The notes under the pieces are model-generated. The model searched no databases. It worked only from the letters and a program-made list of their open reading frames with translations, and was not told where the DNA came from. Below, one piece after another: positions 12,830 to 25,021 of a DNA stretch of 64,000 bases; position 1 is the stretch's first letter; each line of letters opens with the position of its first letter. Source of the DNA: Eledone cirrhosa (lineage: Eukaryota); contig OZ024742.1 of NCBI GenBank assembly GCA_964016885.1, positions 233,058,001 to 233,122,000 on the forward strand, written 5' to 3'. Made by a program: the position numbers and the translations under genes.

Positions 12830-15800
12830 ATGGCCAATATAAGAGTTGGATGTGTGAACGTACGCGGCCTGGGGATGCCCTGGAAACATGGCAAACTCTT
12901 AAACGACCTCAGGTCGCACAGTTTGGATGTGGTAGCCATTTGCGAGTCCAGGATCCACGGCGAGCGATAGCTGGCCCCCATCTTCGATGACTTTGAGATC
13001 TACGCATCTCTCTGTCAACCGGGGGGTGGGGGCGGAGTTGCCGTTTTGCTGCGGAAACACCTGGGCCTCGTAACACAGACGGTACATCTGGACCCGGAGG
13101 GTCGACTGGTGGTCCTAGACGTTGACGGTAGTGAAGGTGGAGCCTTCAGGCTGGTGGCCGCATATGCCCCATCGGGGACACCGCGGCCAGACTTCTTCAA
13201 ACGTCTAGAGACTTTTCTGGGAACGTCCCGCTCCTTGCTTTTAGTGGGGGACTGGAATGGAATCCTAGATGCACGTTGGGACTATGTAGGAGCATGTCCC
13301 GATAAAGGGGGGTGTAACAGCCTCAAACAGTTAATCGACCGATTTGACCTGGCCGATAGATATCGACTAGATTTTCCGACTGCGCCACTGTGGACGTGGA
13401 GTAATCGTAGCGGAACATCTAGATCGTACCTAGATAGGGTTCTAGTTAGAAATAAGGATAGGGACATGTTAAGCTGTCCACAAATGTTCATGGTTGCCTA
13501 TTCAGATCACAAACTAGTGACCTGCATGGCCAACCTTGATAGAACCCATAGACAAGGACCCAGCTACTGGAAGCTGAACTTGTCGTTACCGACAAGCAAA
13601 GCCTACAGTAGACGGATTAGCACTTTAGTTAAACAGCACTTGACAGGGGCCATTGTCAACAACAGATGGTGGTACTCTCTCAAGAGGGCAGTTAGATTAG
13701 ACTCGATAGTTTTTAGTAAAGAATTAGCGTTAGATAGAAATAGAACCGAGAAGGAACTGGTAGATAAAGTAGAAGAGGCAATTAGAAGTGGCAACGTAGT
13801 CAGCGTGCTAGCAACGAGAACGGCCTTGGACCAGTTCTTCGACGCAAAGCACGAGGGCTGCGTTGTCAGAAGCAAAATACGTGCTCTGGGAAACAAGGGA
13901 GCCAAAGCTGTTAGCTGGGCCCGAGTGACGGAGGCAAAAAGTGGCAACAAGTCCACGATTCGGTCTTTGAAGGACCAAAACGGACGCGTGATACGTGAGC
14001 CGAAGCAGATGTGTGCGGCTTTTCAGCGGCACTTTGCTCAGCTGTTGGGGGGGGGGGGATTTCAGTCCATACCTCGACGGCCTACCGCGACTCTCGGACA
14101 GCGGGGCAAAGTTCTGCGAAAGGCCGATTTCAGCCACTGAGATAGGGGACGCGCTGAGCCAATGCGGCAAACGCAAATCTCCAGGTCTCGACGGTCTACC
14201 CTACGAATTTTACGTAGCAATGCCGGACTTATTCTCCGGTCTCCCGCAACTGGCAACAGAACGGGAGAATTCCCAGTTCTGTAACCGGGGGCGTGGTCAC
14301 ACTAATCAGGAAGGACGAGAATAAGGGGGATGACATAGGCAACTTCCGGCCCATAACTCTGCTAAACACAGAGTTACAGATTTTGGCCAAGGTGTTGGCA
14401 AAGAGGCTGGCGCTTGTCGTCGAGAACCTGGTGGGAGAAGCGCAGACATGCGCAATCCCGACCAGGTCCATACACGACAACCTCCACCTCATGCGATACA
14501 TCATAGAGAGGGTAGGGTGTAAACCCGGCTTCGGTGGGGCCCTGATCAACTTGGATCAGTCTAAGGCTTTCGATAGGGTTGACCATCGTTACCTGGATGC
14601 GGTGCTCGAGGCGGCAGGCTTCGGACCCGTGTTCAGGGGCTGGATTGCTGCAATGCACAACAGCATCATCTGCTCAAGGGTCAAGGTGAACGGCTACCTC
14701 TCGGAGCCGTTCCATATTACGCGATCCATTCGACAGGGATGCCCTCTCTCCTCCCTTCTGTACGTACTGACTCTCGAGCCACTACTGCGGAAGTTGGAGC
14801 TATTGCAGGGCATCCCTCTGGAACCGGGACTGCGGAAAGCGGCGTCGGCCTACGCCGACGACGTGACAGTAATGGTGTCGAGCGCCTCGCAAATCGAGGA
14901 AGTCGCCACCTTACTGAAGGAATACGAAAGTTTCACAGGAGCGAAGCTGAACCGGGACAAGTCCATCGGTTTGCAACTCGGATCGTGGAGAGGCAAACCG
15001 ATGCCTTCCGATGGCGTCGTCGGACGCTGGACGGAAGGACCGGTAAAGCTGCTCGGGGTCTGGTTTGGTCCGGACCTCCAGGTGGAGAAGAACTGGAACG
15101 AGGTGACGGCCAAGGTGTTTGCACTCACCCAGAAGTGGGCCGAGTGCAAACTATCCTTGAAAGGTCGAGCGGAGGTGGCGAACACTTTTATAGCGTCCGC
15201 CATCTACTACCGCTTGACCGTCGTGCCTTGTCCAGCCAAAACGCTCGCCAAAATGGAACGTGCGCTCTTCCGATTCCTTTGGAAGAGGCGGGCTCCTTTG
15301 GTGAGAAGATCCATCTGCTGCCAAAACCCTTCTAACGGAGGGCTGGGGATGCCGTGATTGACGATGCGCAAACACGCGCTCAGGCTGCGGCATCTCTACG
15401 TATTCCTTACCGGATAACCGGTGTGGGCCCCGTTCGTGAGGCGAGCCTTCCCACGACTCGTCTCGCTGACCGAGCTGCAATCCTGGGTCAAGCAAAGACC
15501 GAGGAAAATGGGCGACTGGCACATCGAATGTGCTCAGGCGCTCACAGCCCTCTTGCAGGCGGACCCGGCGATCAGTGGAGACTCCACTTCGTCATTCTAT
15601 AGAGGGTTTGATCCGCAGCAAGTGCGACGACGCGCTCGGTGAAACTCTAGGCGTAGAGGAAGATGAACTGGCCAGTCTGTTCGGTAGGACCTTCCGCCCG
15701 GGACCGATGGACAACTTCCAAAAGTCCCTGGCCTGGCAGTGCTACCGAGGAGCTCTACCAGTTCGAGACAAGCTCTACAGACATGGGCGCCCGGGAAGGG

Positions 15801-16234
15801 ACCCTGCAAAAAAGATCTGTCCGAGGTGCGTGCGAGACGAAGAAACCGTCGCGCACGCATTCATACACTGCCCGGTCGTCACTGACCTGTGGGGCTATGT
15901 AGAACGACTATTGTCGCGGGTGGGACCAATCCAGTTGACCACCGAGTCCATTGTCATGATCAAACCGCCACCCTCCTTCAAAAACGAAGGAGAGGCGGTT
16001 TTCCTTTGTGTGATAGCTATGGCGAAAGAGGTTGTATGGTGGACAAGGTTGAAAGGGCTGAGGTCAGACACCTTTCTCTCCGGCCAACAACTGATTCTTT
16101 TTTTCAAATACCACTTTGGAAGAAGAATCAGGATGGAGAGAGAGGTGCTGTACCCCAGCAAGTTTTATGAAAGGTGGGTGAAAGTGGCGAGAATGGCCCG
16201 AGTGAATGGGCCTTCTCTCTATATCAGCCTGTAG
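12830..16234 (+). pseudogene. Tx1-type ORF2 (APE endonuclease, reverse transcriptase, C-terminal zinc finger), disrupted
   Basis: Starts MANIRVGCVNVRGL. Motifs VGDWN, SYLDRVL, YSDH, WKLN, FRPITLLN, DQSKAFDRV, QGCPLS, YADD and CPRC..ETVAHAFIHC. In-frame stops at ~12968 and 15355, frameshifts near 14055, 14240 and 15605. Confidence 0.92.
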
Positions 16235-16542
16235 GTTGAGGAAAAGGAGGAGGAGAGGAAAGGAGTACAAACTCTTCGTACTCCTGGAGATGAGGGTTGC
16301 ACATTTTTTTTCGGGGGTATGTGTTACCCATATAAACTGTCTCCCTCTATTGGGGAAAATCGACTAACTTTTTAAATTCCATTTGTGATAACATTTTACA
16401 CGTTTTTATTGTATGTAAACTTCCCCCTTTGTATTTGTCCCCTTCTTTTGTGCCCCTGTGGCTAATAAAGAAACATATCTATCTATCTATCTATCTTGCG
16501 ACTGCTGGACTAGAAGACAGCGAGAATATATAGGTGGGAAGG

Positions 16543-16586
16543 ACCGTCCTGACGATGGCCAGTTAAGCCTGAAATGCATAGACGGT
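16543..16586 (+). ncRNA. Type I hammerhead ribozyme (minimal, palindromic stem III)
   Basis: ACCGTC CTGACGA T GGC cagttaa GCC T GAAA TGCA TA GACGGT: 6-bp stem I, intact core, ATGCAT stem III. Predicted cleavage after A16580. Confidence 0.85.
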
Positions 16587-16866
16587 TGTCCCCCTTGCTT
16601 CTGCTGGACCTCACCAGAGGGCGTTAGCCCCCCCCCCCCGGTGTTTGCATAGCTACGACTTCCTAAAACCGTATTTCTTTGGAGATACGAAATATTTATA
16701 CATATTGTATAAAGCTATGCTTGAAGCGAAATCCTATTTCTTTTCTAAGTTGAGCCAACTTATGCAGCTTCATATGCAAATGAGATTAATCACCTCATTT
16801 ACACAGACGAGAAAACTATATATTCTCGCCTGTCTTCTAGTCCAGCAGTCGCAGGCGGTGGGAGGG

Positions 16867-16910
16867 ACCGTCCTGACGATGGCCAGTTCAGCCTGATATG
16901 CATAGACGGT
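16867..16910 (+). ncRNA. Second copy of the type I hammerhead (GAAA mutated to GATA)
   Basis: ACCGTC CTGACGA T GGC cagttca GCC T GATA TGCA TA GACGGT, exactly 324 nt downstream of the first copy. Confidence 0.75.
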
Positions 16911-17087
16911 GTCCCCCTTGCTTCTGCTGGACATCACCAGAGGGCGTCAGCCCCCCGGTGTTTGCATAGCTACGGCTTCCTAAAACCGTATTTCTTTGGA
17001 GATATGAAATATCTACACATATTGTATAAAGCTATGCTTGAAGAAATCCTATTTCTTTTCTATTATAAGTTGAGCCAACTTATGCAG

Positions 17088-17137
<50 letters not shown>

Positions 17138-17143
17138 GAAAAT

Positions 17144-17224
17144 GCTTCTCTGATGATCTTTGCTTTTCCATTAATATCCATGTGATATCTAATGTTTTGC
17201 AAAATGAAACTGTACAGTAAGAGC
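17144..17224 (+). ncRNA. Type I hammerhead ribozyme with extended stem II
   Basis: GCTTCT CTGATGA TC TTTGC...GCAAA AT GAAA CTGTACAG TA AGAGC. Palindromic ACTGTACAGT stem III, GUA triplet, predicted cleavage after A17219. Confidence 0.75.
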
Positions 17225-17668
17225 TACTCGAATAGGTAAATATTTATATTATATTTTTTAATTTTGATTAATTTTAATTGTAAATTAATTTTGATTTATT
17301 TTGAAAAATTGGTTGATTTTTACTTGTTCTGCTTATCTTGATATTAAGTTCTGGTATATCAAATTATTACCATAGAACCACCTTAAATCATAGACACCCT
17401 ATGTATTTCTGGGGGTACATAGTACCCTCAGATATATTAACCTTATTCATTATTCTCCGATTATGTAGAGAAAAAATTCTGTCGTTCTATCTAGCTGCTA
17501 AAAATTCTTTTTGGGTAGCGAACATAGACAACAAGTCTACGATTTCCCGCCTTCACTATACACCAACGTATTTATGGGTCACTTTCACGACCTTTCAGAC
17601 CTGTATTAGTTGGAGTGAGGTCATATATTTTATCGTTCCTGGGGTTTTTAACCCTAGGAAAGGAAAAT

Positions 17669-17749
17669 GCTTCTCTGATGATCTTTGCTTTTCCATTAAT
17701 ATCCATGTGATATCTAATGTTTTTCAAAGTGAAACTGTACAGTAAGAGC
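17669..17749 (+). ncRNA. Second copy of the extended-stem-II type I hammerhead
   Basis: GCTTCT CTGATGA T CTTTG...CAAAG T GAAA CTGTACAG TA AGAGC, 525 nt after the first copy. Predicted cleavage after A17744. Confidence 0.8.
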
Positions 17750-17863
17750 TACTCGAATAGGTAAATATTTATATTATATTTTTTAATTTTGATTAATTTT
17801 AATTGTAAATTCATTTTGATTTATTTTGAAAAATTGGTTGAATTTTACTTGTTCTGCTTATCT

Positions 17864-17928
<65 letters not shown>

Positions 17929-18057
17929 GAAATAAATATGGTTTTATAAATATAGTTTCCATTTGTTAATATCGTATTTTTACTCCAAATATTTGTTGAG
18001 TGCTTTATATCAGTTATAAAAATATTTGCTTGTTGTATCCCAACAATTTAAATAGAA

Positions 18058-18990
<933 letters not shown>

Positions 18991-19259
18991 AGCAGACCAG
19001 AGGTCCAACAACTTGGGAGGAAACCTGTAGAAGGCTTGGTTAGCCCCAATTACGGTATCGGCGTGGGTGTGGGTGAGTGTATGTGTGATGGTGTGTGTTC
19101 GTGTATGTGGTGAGGGGGAAGGTGGGTTGGGGGATGTTTAGTATTATTAGTGGTGGGAGTGGAGGGGACGGTGAAACTAGGGAGTGTGTTAGTAGTGTTA
19201 GTAGGGGATGTGTGGGGGAAGGGAGGGGGATGGTCGAAAGCTAAAGGAAGAGGGGTGGG

Positions 19260-19772
19260 GAGTTCAGGCCGGGGTGTGTGTGTGGGTCTGTAAGGTGAAG
19301 ATGGTGTGTTTCTCAACCGTGAGGCGGGTGGCGGGGGTCCCATGGCATTAGATCAGGCCACAGACGGCGAGGTGGTGGGCGGAATGTCCCGGGGAACCAA
19401 AGTGGCGGGCGATGGGGGAACTACCGTCGAGACGAATATCTCGGGGGTGCTCCGTGAATCGATCCGCCAGGCGACGTCCGGTCTGTCCGACGGAGGTTGT
19501 GCTGCAGTCCGTGCAGCGAAGTCCATAGACGAGGTTGGAGGAGGTGCAGCGGAAGGCATGCCGGACAGAAAGAGGGTGGCTGTTGGGACACTGGAAGGTG
19601 GTGGTGTTGGTGATGTGGGGGAAGGTGTGGCAGCGAGGTCTGGAGCAGGGGTGGGGACCGGGGGTAAGCTGCGGACAAGGAGGGAGCGGAGATTGTGCGT
19701 GCGTTTGGGATGGGAAGATGGGGGAGGTGGAGGGTCGGACTGGAGGCGTCGGAAGAAGCGGGGGATGGTAGA
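19260..19772 (-). mobile_element. Neptune-type Penelope GIY-YIG endonuclease fragment (pseudogenised)
   Basis: Manual translation of minus frames: KRTHNLRSLLVRS, then PCSRPRCHT..FRCTSSNLVYGLRCTDC..VGQTGRRLADRFTEH.RDI..PIARHF..E..IFTLQT..PGLN. Confidence 0.85.
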
Positions 19773-20265
19773 ACCTCAGACATCATGCTTTGCTGCATAG
19801 AGTTATGGCCCTTTACGTTCTGAATTCAAATTCCGCCGAGGTTAACTTTGCCTTTCATCCTTACGGGGTCGATAAAATAAAGTAGCAGTAATGCACTATG
19901 GTAATTGCTGTCCTTGTTCCAAAAGTAGAAACTATTATTTAGTCCAGGGGTCGGCAACCTTTTGGAGAGAGAGGGCCAAACAGCTATGCAGTGTCATGGA
20001 GGAGGGCCATGTTATTAAATATGTAAATAAATTTTCTGGAGGTTTAAAGCAAAACAAGGAATTTAATATAATTTTATTTTAACAAGGCCCCTTATTTTAC
20101 TGCAGGAATAACAAAAAAAAAACTACAAACACATTCAACAAAAAAAAAGCAAGTTCCTTATTTTACTGCAGGAATAACAGAAAAACAACTACTATCACAA
20201 TCAACAACAAAAAAAAAAGCAAATTCCTTGCTACAAACGAAATACAGTTAGAAATGATAAATGAT

Positions 20266-22197
20266 TTAATGAGACACTTGTTTCTGCTTATTGTGCGATA
20301 ACTTCTCCACATCAGGTGAAATATTTGTCGATGACAGGAGCAAAACGTCATCCAGATGGTCGTCACGCAACCTTGTTCTTAAATGACTTTTAGTATATTT
20401 CATTTTGGAAAAAAGTTGTTCACAAGCATATGTACTTCCAAATAATGATATCATCAGTTTCACATTAGTCAATATGTTTTTATATTTTCCGCTTGGCAAT
20501 ATATATTGCTTGTAGAAGTCAGCAGTGGATTCGAACTGAAATTTCGATTTCAAAGATTCGTCGCACTGTAAGTCAATTAACTCCAACTGATATTCTTCTG
20601 CCACTTGTTCCACATCTGTTTCGTAAGGAGTACCAAATAGAGTTCCATATTGCCGAAAGTCAACAAAACGAGAGGAAAACTCGCTTCTCAAATCCTTAAT
20701 AGAGCTCACAAAGATGTCTGGTATTATCGGTGAATTGGCAGTATCGGTAGAGGGTTGGATTATGCTTTCCAGCATAGTTACGTCGCTTTACGATCTGAGT
20801 TCAATTCCCGCCGAGGTTAACTTTGCCTTTCATCCTTACGGGGTCGATAAAATAAAGTACCAGTAATGTACTGGAATATTTGCTGGCCTTGTGCCAAAAA
20901 CTAGAAACAATTATATCTCTCTTGTGATTTTGGAGACTTGGGAAATGAGAGTAGTTTCCTTTTTGAAGTTGTGATTCCCACAGTCGAAGTTTTCTCTCAA
21001 AAGCAGTAATTTGACCAAACATCTCAAATACAACCTTGTTCTTTCCTTGAAGCTCAAGATTCAAAGTATTCATGTGGGTCGTGATGTCCACTAAAAAAGC
21101 TAACTTGACAACCCACTGTGGATCCTGGAAGTAAGAATTATCTTGGTCCTTGCTCTCTAAAAACATAGAAATCTCTTCTCTCAATGCATATATTCGTTCT
21201 ATCATTTTTCCGCGGCTAAGCCATCGAACATTTGAAAAATATGTAAGGTCGCCATACTCTGCTTCAATTTATTTTAGAAATTCTTGAAACTGGCGGTGAT
21301 TTAGTCCTCTTGACAGTATACAATTCACTGTTTTCACGACCACTGCCATGATGTCCTTAAAATTCAGTGACTTTGCACATAATGCTTCTTGATGAATAAT
21401 GCAATGAAGTTTGATTAGTTTTTGATCAATACCGATGTGTTTTTGGAGCAATGCAACAAACCTATTTTTCTCTCCAACCATTGCTGGTGCTCCATCTGTG
21501 ATTACTCTATAAAGCTTTGATAAATCCAGATTCATTTCGGTAATCCATTTTATTATGCTTTCCAAAATATCTCCTCCAGTGCTTGTGTCCTTCAAAGGAA
21601 TCAATTGTACAAATTCTTCCACAATATCAAATGTTGGTGTTACACCCCTCACAAACACTGCAAGTTGACAAGTATCCTTCATATCTGTGGTTTCATCGAT
21701 AGCAATGGAATAATACTCCAGATTATTTAAAATGTCCTTCAAGCCACTTCTGACATTTGCTGCCAGCTCTTCAATTCGCCTTGTTACTGTTCTTGCCGAT
21801 AAGCTGATTGCAGAAAATAATTCCCAACATCTGCTACCTTCAACAATAATTCTTTGAAGAAATCTCCATCAGTAAAAGGTTTCATCCTTTCTGCAATTAG
21901 TTTTGACACCTCGTAGCTAGCACGAGTGTTTCGGTCACTTTCTTCAACTTTTCTAGTGAAAAAGGATGATTGCATTGTTATATTATTTCTCAGCCGTGCA
22001 ACTTCGTTTACTCGTGCTTTTCCAGTAAAACTGTTGTAATGATTATGACGAGTTTCATAGTGACATTTAATATTTGAAACTTTCTTGACAAATTAAGCAA
22101 ACACATTTTACGAAGTACTCAATGAAAAAATAGCTAAGTGTCCACCATCGTTAAATGTTCGGCACTCCAAATCCACTTTTCTTTTCTTAGCTTCCAT
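20266..22197 (-). pseudogene. hAT transposase, disrupted by stops, frameshifts and a SINE
   Basis: Starts MEAKKRKVDLECRTF. Motifs SIAIDETTD, TDGAPAM, HCIIHQEALC, VRWLSRGK, LAFLVDIT, FGSTYACEQLFSKMK, ending KQVSH. Confidence 0.9.
20728..20913 (+). mobile_element. tRNA-derived SINE (Meta/MESC-like central domain) inserted in the transposase
   Basis: A-box-like TGGCAGTATCGG, B-box-like GAGTTCAATTC and body GTTAACTTTGCCTTTCATCCTTACGGGGTCGATAAAATAAAGTACC. More than a dozen full or partial copies occur in the window. Confidence 0.85.
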
Positions 22198-23109
22198 TGT
22201 CTTGTTTTTGTTCAAACAAAAAAGATTTATGGAAAGGAAAAAGAACAAAAAGTATAATAATTAGAATGAAGAAATAAGAAACAATGAAAACAGATGTAAA
22301 TGCAAATACAGTAATGCGATAAAATATGATAATTGTGAATAAATTATATAAAACCAGGTTTCTAACGACGTTGTTAGATCAGGGTTGCCATTTGTTTTTT
22401 TAAACCACTTTTGGCCTAATTCTAATAATAATAATTCACACAATTTATCACAAATAATTAAATAAACGTTATTATCGATTAAAGATACCTACTGTATAGT
22501 TGTTATACCACCAGACAACAAACTCAAATGAAAATACTCTGGGGTGGAGGGAACGAAGTAATTTTTCCAAGGACGGCTTTACCTTGTGCCGGGGGGCACA
22601 GGTAAGGTCAGGCAAACGAAGACGACAATAATTCACAAGTGATTTTATTGAATGACAATATGGGTATAAAAGCGAGTCATGCGAACCAGTCGCTGACGAA
22701 AATGCATACTTCCAGACAACATTTGTGTTTGTTGACTGGAACAAAAACACATACATGAAATCAGAGGAAATAATACAGGTGATATAATGCTTGGCGGAAA
22801 GCCCAGAAAAAGATGGATAAGAGGAAATAATAATAAATGGAAAATATAATAAGGTTACAAAGGTATCTGTAAATATATACGGTATGAGCAGCGATTTGTG
22901 ATGGGTATCAGGTCGGCACAACCTTGAAGTGAACTACTATATCTGTATTCGATACTAATTAGATAATTAGTGTCCAGTGTAAGATGGCGGGCCGGACAAA
23001 AATCACTCGAGGGCCGGATGTGACCCGCCGACCAGGGGTTGCCGACTCCTGATTTAGTCAAATGAAGAAGGGCATTTAAAAAAATATCTTTTCAGGTTTT
23101 AAGAAATGG

Positions 23110-23440
23110 AATGGACCTCCATCGGTTTCGGTGATGAGTGTTCTAGTTTTCCGATTAATGAAACAACCTGCTTATGAAATAAATGTGTAAGTGGTTGTGC
23201 ATTTCATAGACAGAAGTGCCCTAAACGTAATTCTCAAATTCTCAGGGGAGATTCAATCTCAAGGATGGCTCTTTCAATTACATGGACAGCACTTTCAACT
23301 GGCTTCCAAGAAGTTTACGACCACCCAATTTCACTCACAAAGAATAGGATGGTCGGAAGTTATGGTAAATGACACTTGCTCAAAATGCCCACAGAGTGGG
23401 ATCGAACCCGGTGGAAGCGAACTTCTTAACCATTCGACCA
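23110..23440 (-). mobile_element. Decayed SINE related to 50280-50600 and 50843-51166
   Basis: Reverse complement shares GAATCTCCCTGAGAA..TACGTTTAGGG and ACTTACACATTTATTTCA segments with those copies. Confidence 0.6.
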
Positions 23441-23469
23441 TGCTGAGATATATTTCTTTAGACGATACA

Positions 23470-23652
23470 GCCCGGCAGTATCGGTAGAGGGTCGGACGCC
23501 ATGCTTTACAGCATAGTTACGTCCCTTTACGATCTGAGTTCAAATCCCGCTGAGGTTGACTTTGCCTTTCATCCTTACGGGGTAGATAAAATAAAGTACC
23601 AGTAATGCACTGGGTAATTGCTGGCCTTGTGCCTAAAGTAGAAACAATTATT
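23470..23652 (+). mobile_element. tRNA-derived SINE, same family as 20728
   Basis: GGCAGTATCGGTAGAGGGTCGG...GAGTTCAAATCCCG...CTTTCATCCTTACGGGG...AGTAGAAACAATT. Confidence 0.85.
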
Positions 23653-23860
23653 TAATATACATTATGATTTCTAGTTTAGGCATGATACAACATACTTCTT
23701 ATGGTGGAGGGGAACAGTCTGAAGGGTATATAAAGGGCAGGTATTTGGGTATTTCGCGCCCTAGGCTAGCCCTACAATATGCACTCCGTTTTGAAACAAG
23801 AATAGCAAGACTTATATATGTTTATTTTACAAAAGCATATCGTATATATCTTCACATACA

Positions 23861-24055
23861 CAGACCTGTCAACTCTCCCCGTCCGACGGGGAGATCTCCC
23901 ACTCACTTTGGGGTGGATGAGAGATGTCTTCTTTTGTGAAAACGGGTATAGCTTTCATTATGTAAAATCCCCCCATTTTGCCTCATTTCTCCCCGTTTTG
24001 GGACACTTTTTTTCATGGTACTCCCCGTTTGGGTTTTTAGAGGTTGACAGGTAGG
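23861..24055 (+). mobile_element. Non-autonomous DNA transposon with 6-bp TSD (hAT-like termini)
   Basis: Termini CAGACCTGTCAAC / GTTGACAGGTAGG with CATACA on both sides. Second copy at 48909-49077. Confidence 0.75.
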
Positions 24056-24321
24056 CATACAACTTTTTTTTTATAAACCACGCTATGTTAGCGCTATTGA
24101 TAAAATCTTAGTCAGCAAATGTTTTATAAAAAAAAGTATATAAGGTATAGCTTCATTAATAATGGATTAAAAAAACCCTGAAACATTAGTTTCTCAGAGA
24201 GGATCCATAGCGATATTTATTATTCATAAAAAAAATAATATATGCCGTCATATACACTCTATTATGAATCATACTATGTTAGTGCCACTGGTAATATATA
24301 TATATTAACAACCACTGTTAG

Positions 24322-24389
<68 letters not shown>

Positions 24390-24394
<5 letters not shown>

Positions 24395-25021
24395 ACATGA
24401 GAAGAAAGAAGAATACTGCGTGGTTTGCAAATGGGTTACATATGATAAAAATAGTCCTTCGTCAGGGATTTTCCAACCATCATTGGTATTTCATCGCATT
24501 AAAAATCAGATACCTCAGGTTGGTGCGAGCAATAACTAAAAAAAGTTATTGGGACTAGAATTCGCGTAAGGCGAGGGGGACAAGTAAACAACATAGAAGG
24601 ATAAAAGCAAACCGAAGATAGGAAAATAAACAAGCAACATGGTTGTCCGGTCAGCATAAGCTGGGTGGATTTCATGAGCGAGAAGGGTACAGACCGTGTT
24701 GATGTGTGTGAGATGTGAGCAAGAAGAGACCCACACAAACCAAACGGGAGGAAGTGAGAAGGGGAGAAACAGATAGTGAGTGAGTGGAAGTGTGAGGAAA
24801 AGGTCAGTCGAGAGAAAGTGTAACTGACAGAGGGGGCGAAAGAAGGTGAGAGAAACAGAGAGAGCGGGGAAGCAGTAAGAGAGAAACACAAACACAGCCG
24901 AGGTAAATATATATAAAAAACACGAGAAGAAAGAAGAATACTGCGTGGTTTGCACATGGGTTGCATATGATAAAAATAATCCTTCGTCAGTGATTTTCCA
25001 ACCATCATTGGTATTTCATCG

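Larger units (their letters stand above)
10699..16475 (+). mobile_element. Near full-length Tx1/L1-clade non-LTR retrotransposon inserted in (TATC)n
   Basis: 5' UTR, ORF1 with a CCHC knuckle, ORF2 EN-RT-zinc finger, and 3' UTR ending AATAAAGAAACA. (TATC)n at ~10636-10698 and ~16476-16496. Confidence 0.9.
16498..17093 (+). mobile_element. Retrozyme-like / non-autonomous Penelope-derived partial tandem repeat, 324-nt period
   Basis: About 1.7 tandem units with a hammerhead in each. A 35-nt inverted copy (16498-16532) of 16817-16852 sits at the 5' end. Flanked by (TATC)n and (TA)n. Confidence 0.7.
17134..17868 (+). mobile_element. Retrozyme-like / Penelope-derived partial tandem repeat, 525-nt period, within (TA)n
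   Basis: ~210-bp direct repeat (17134-17343 and 17659-17868), each copy with a hammerhead. (TA)n on both flanks and no recognisable protein between the copies. Confidence 0.7.
19945..23051 (-). mobile_element. hAT DNA transposon (Buster/Charlie/SPIN-like, GTF2IRD2-type transposase)
   Basis: TIRs CAGGGGTCGGCAACC / GGTTGCCGACTCCTG (14 of 15 match). Perfect 8-bp TSD ATTTAGTC at 19937-19944 and 23052-23059. Confidence 0.95.

Noticed and set aside
20728-20815. tRNA gene
   Set aside because: A/B boxes belong to a SINE head followed by a conserved SINE body, with no full cloverleaf.
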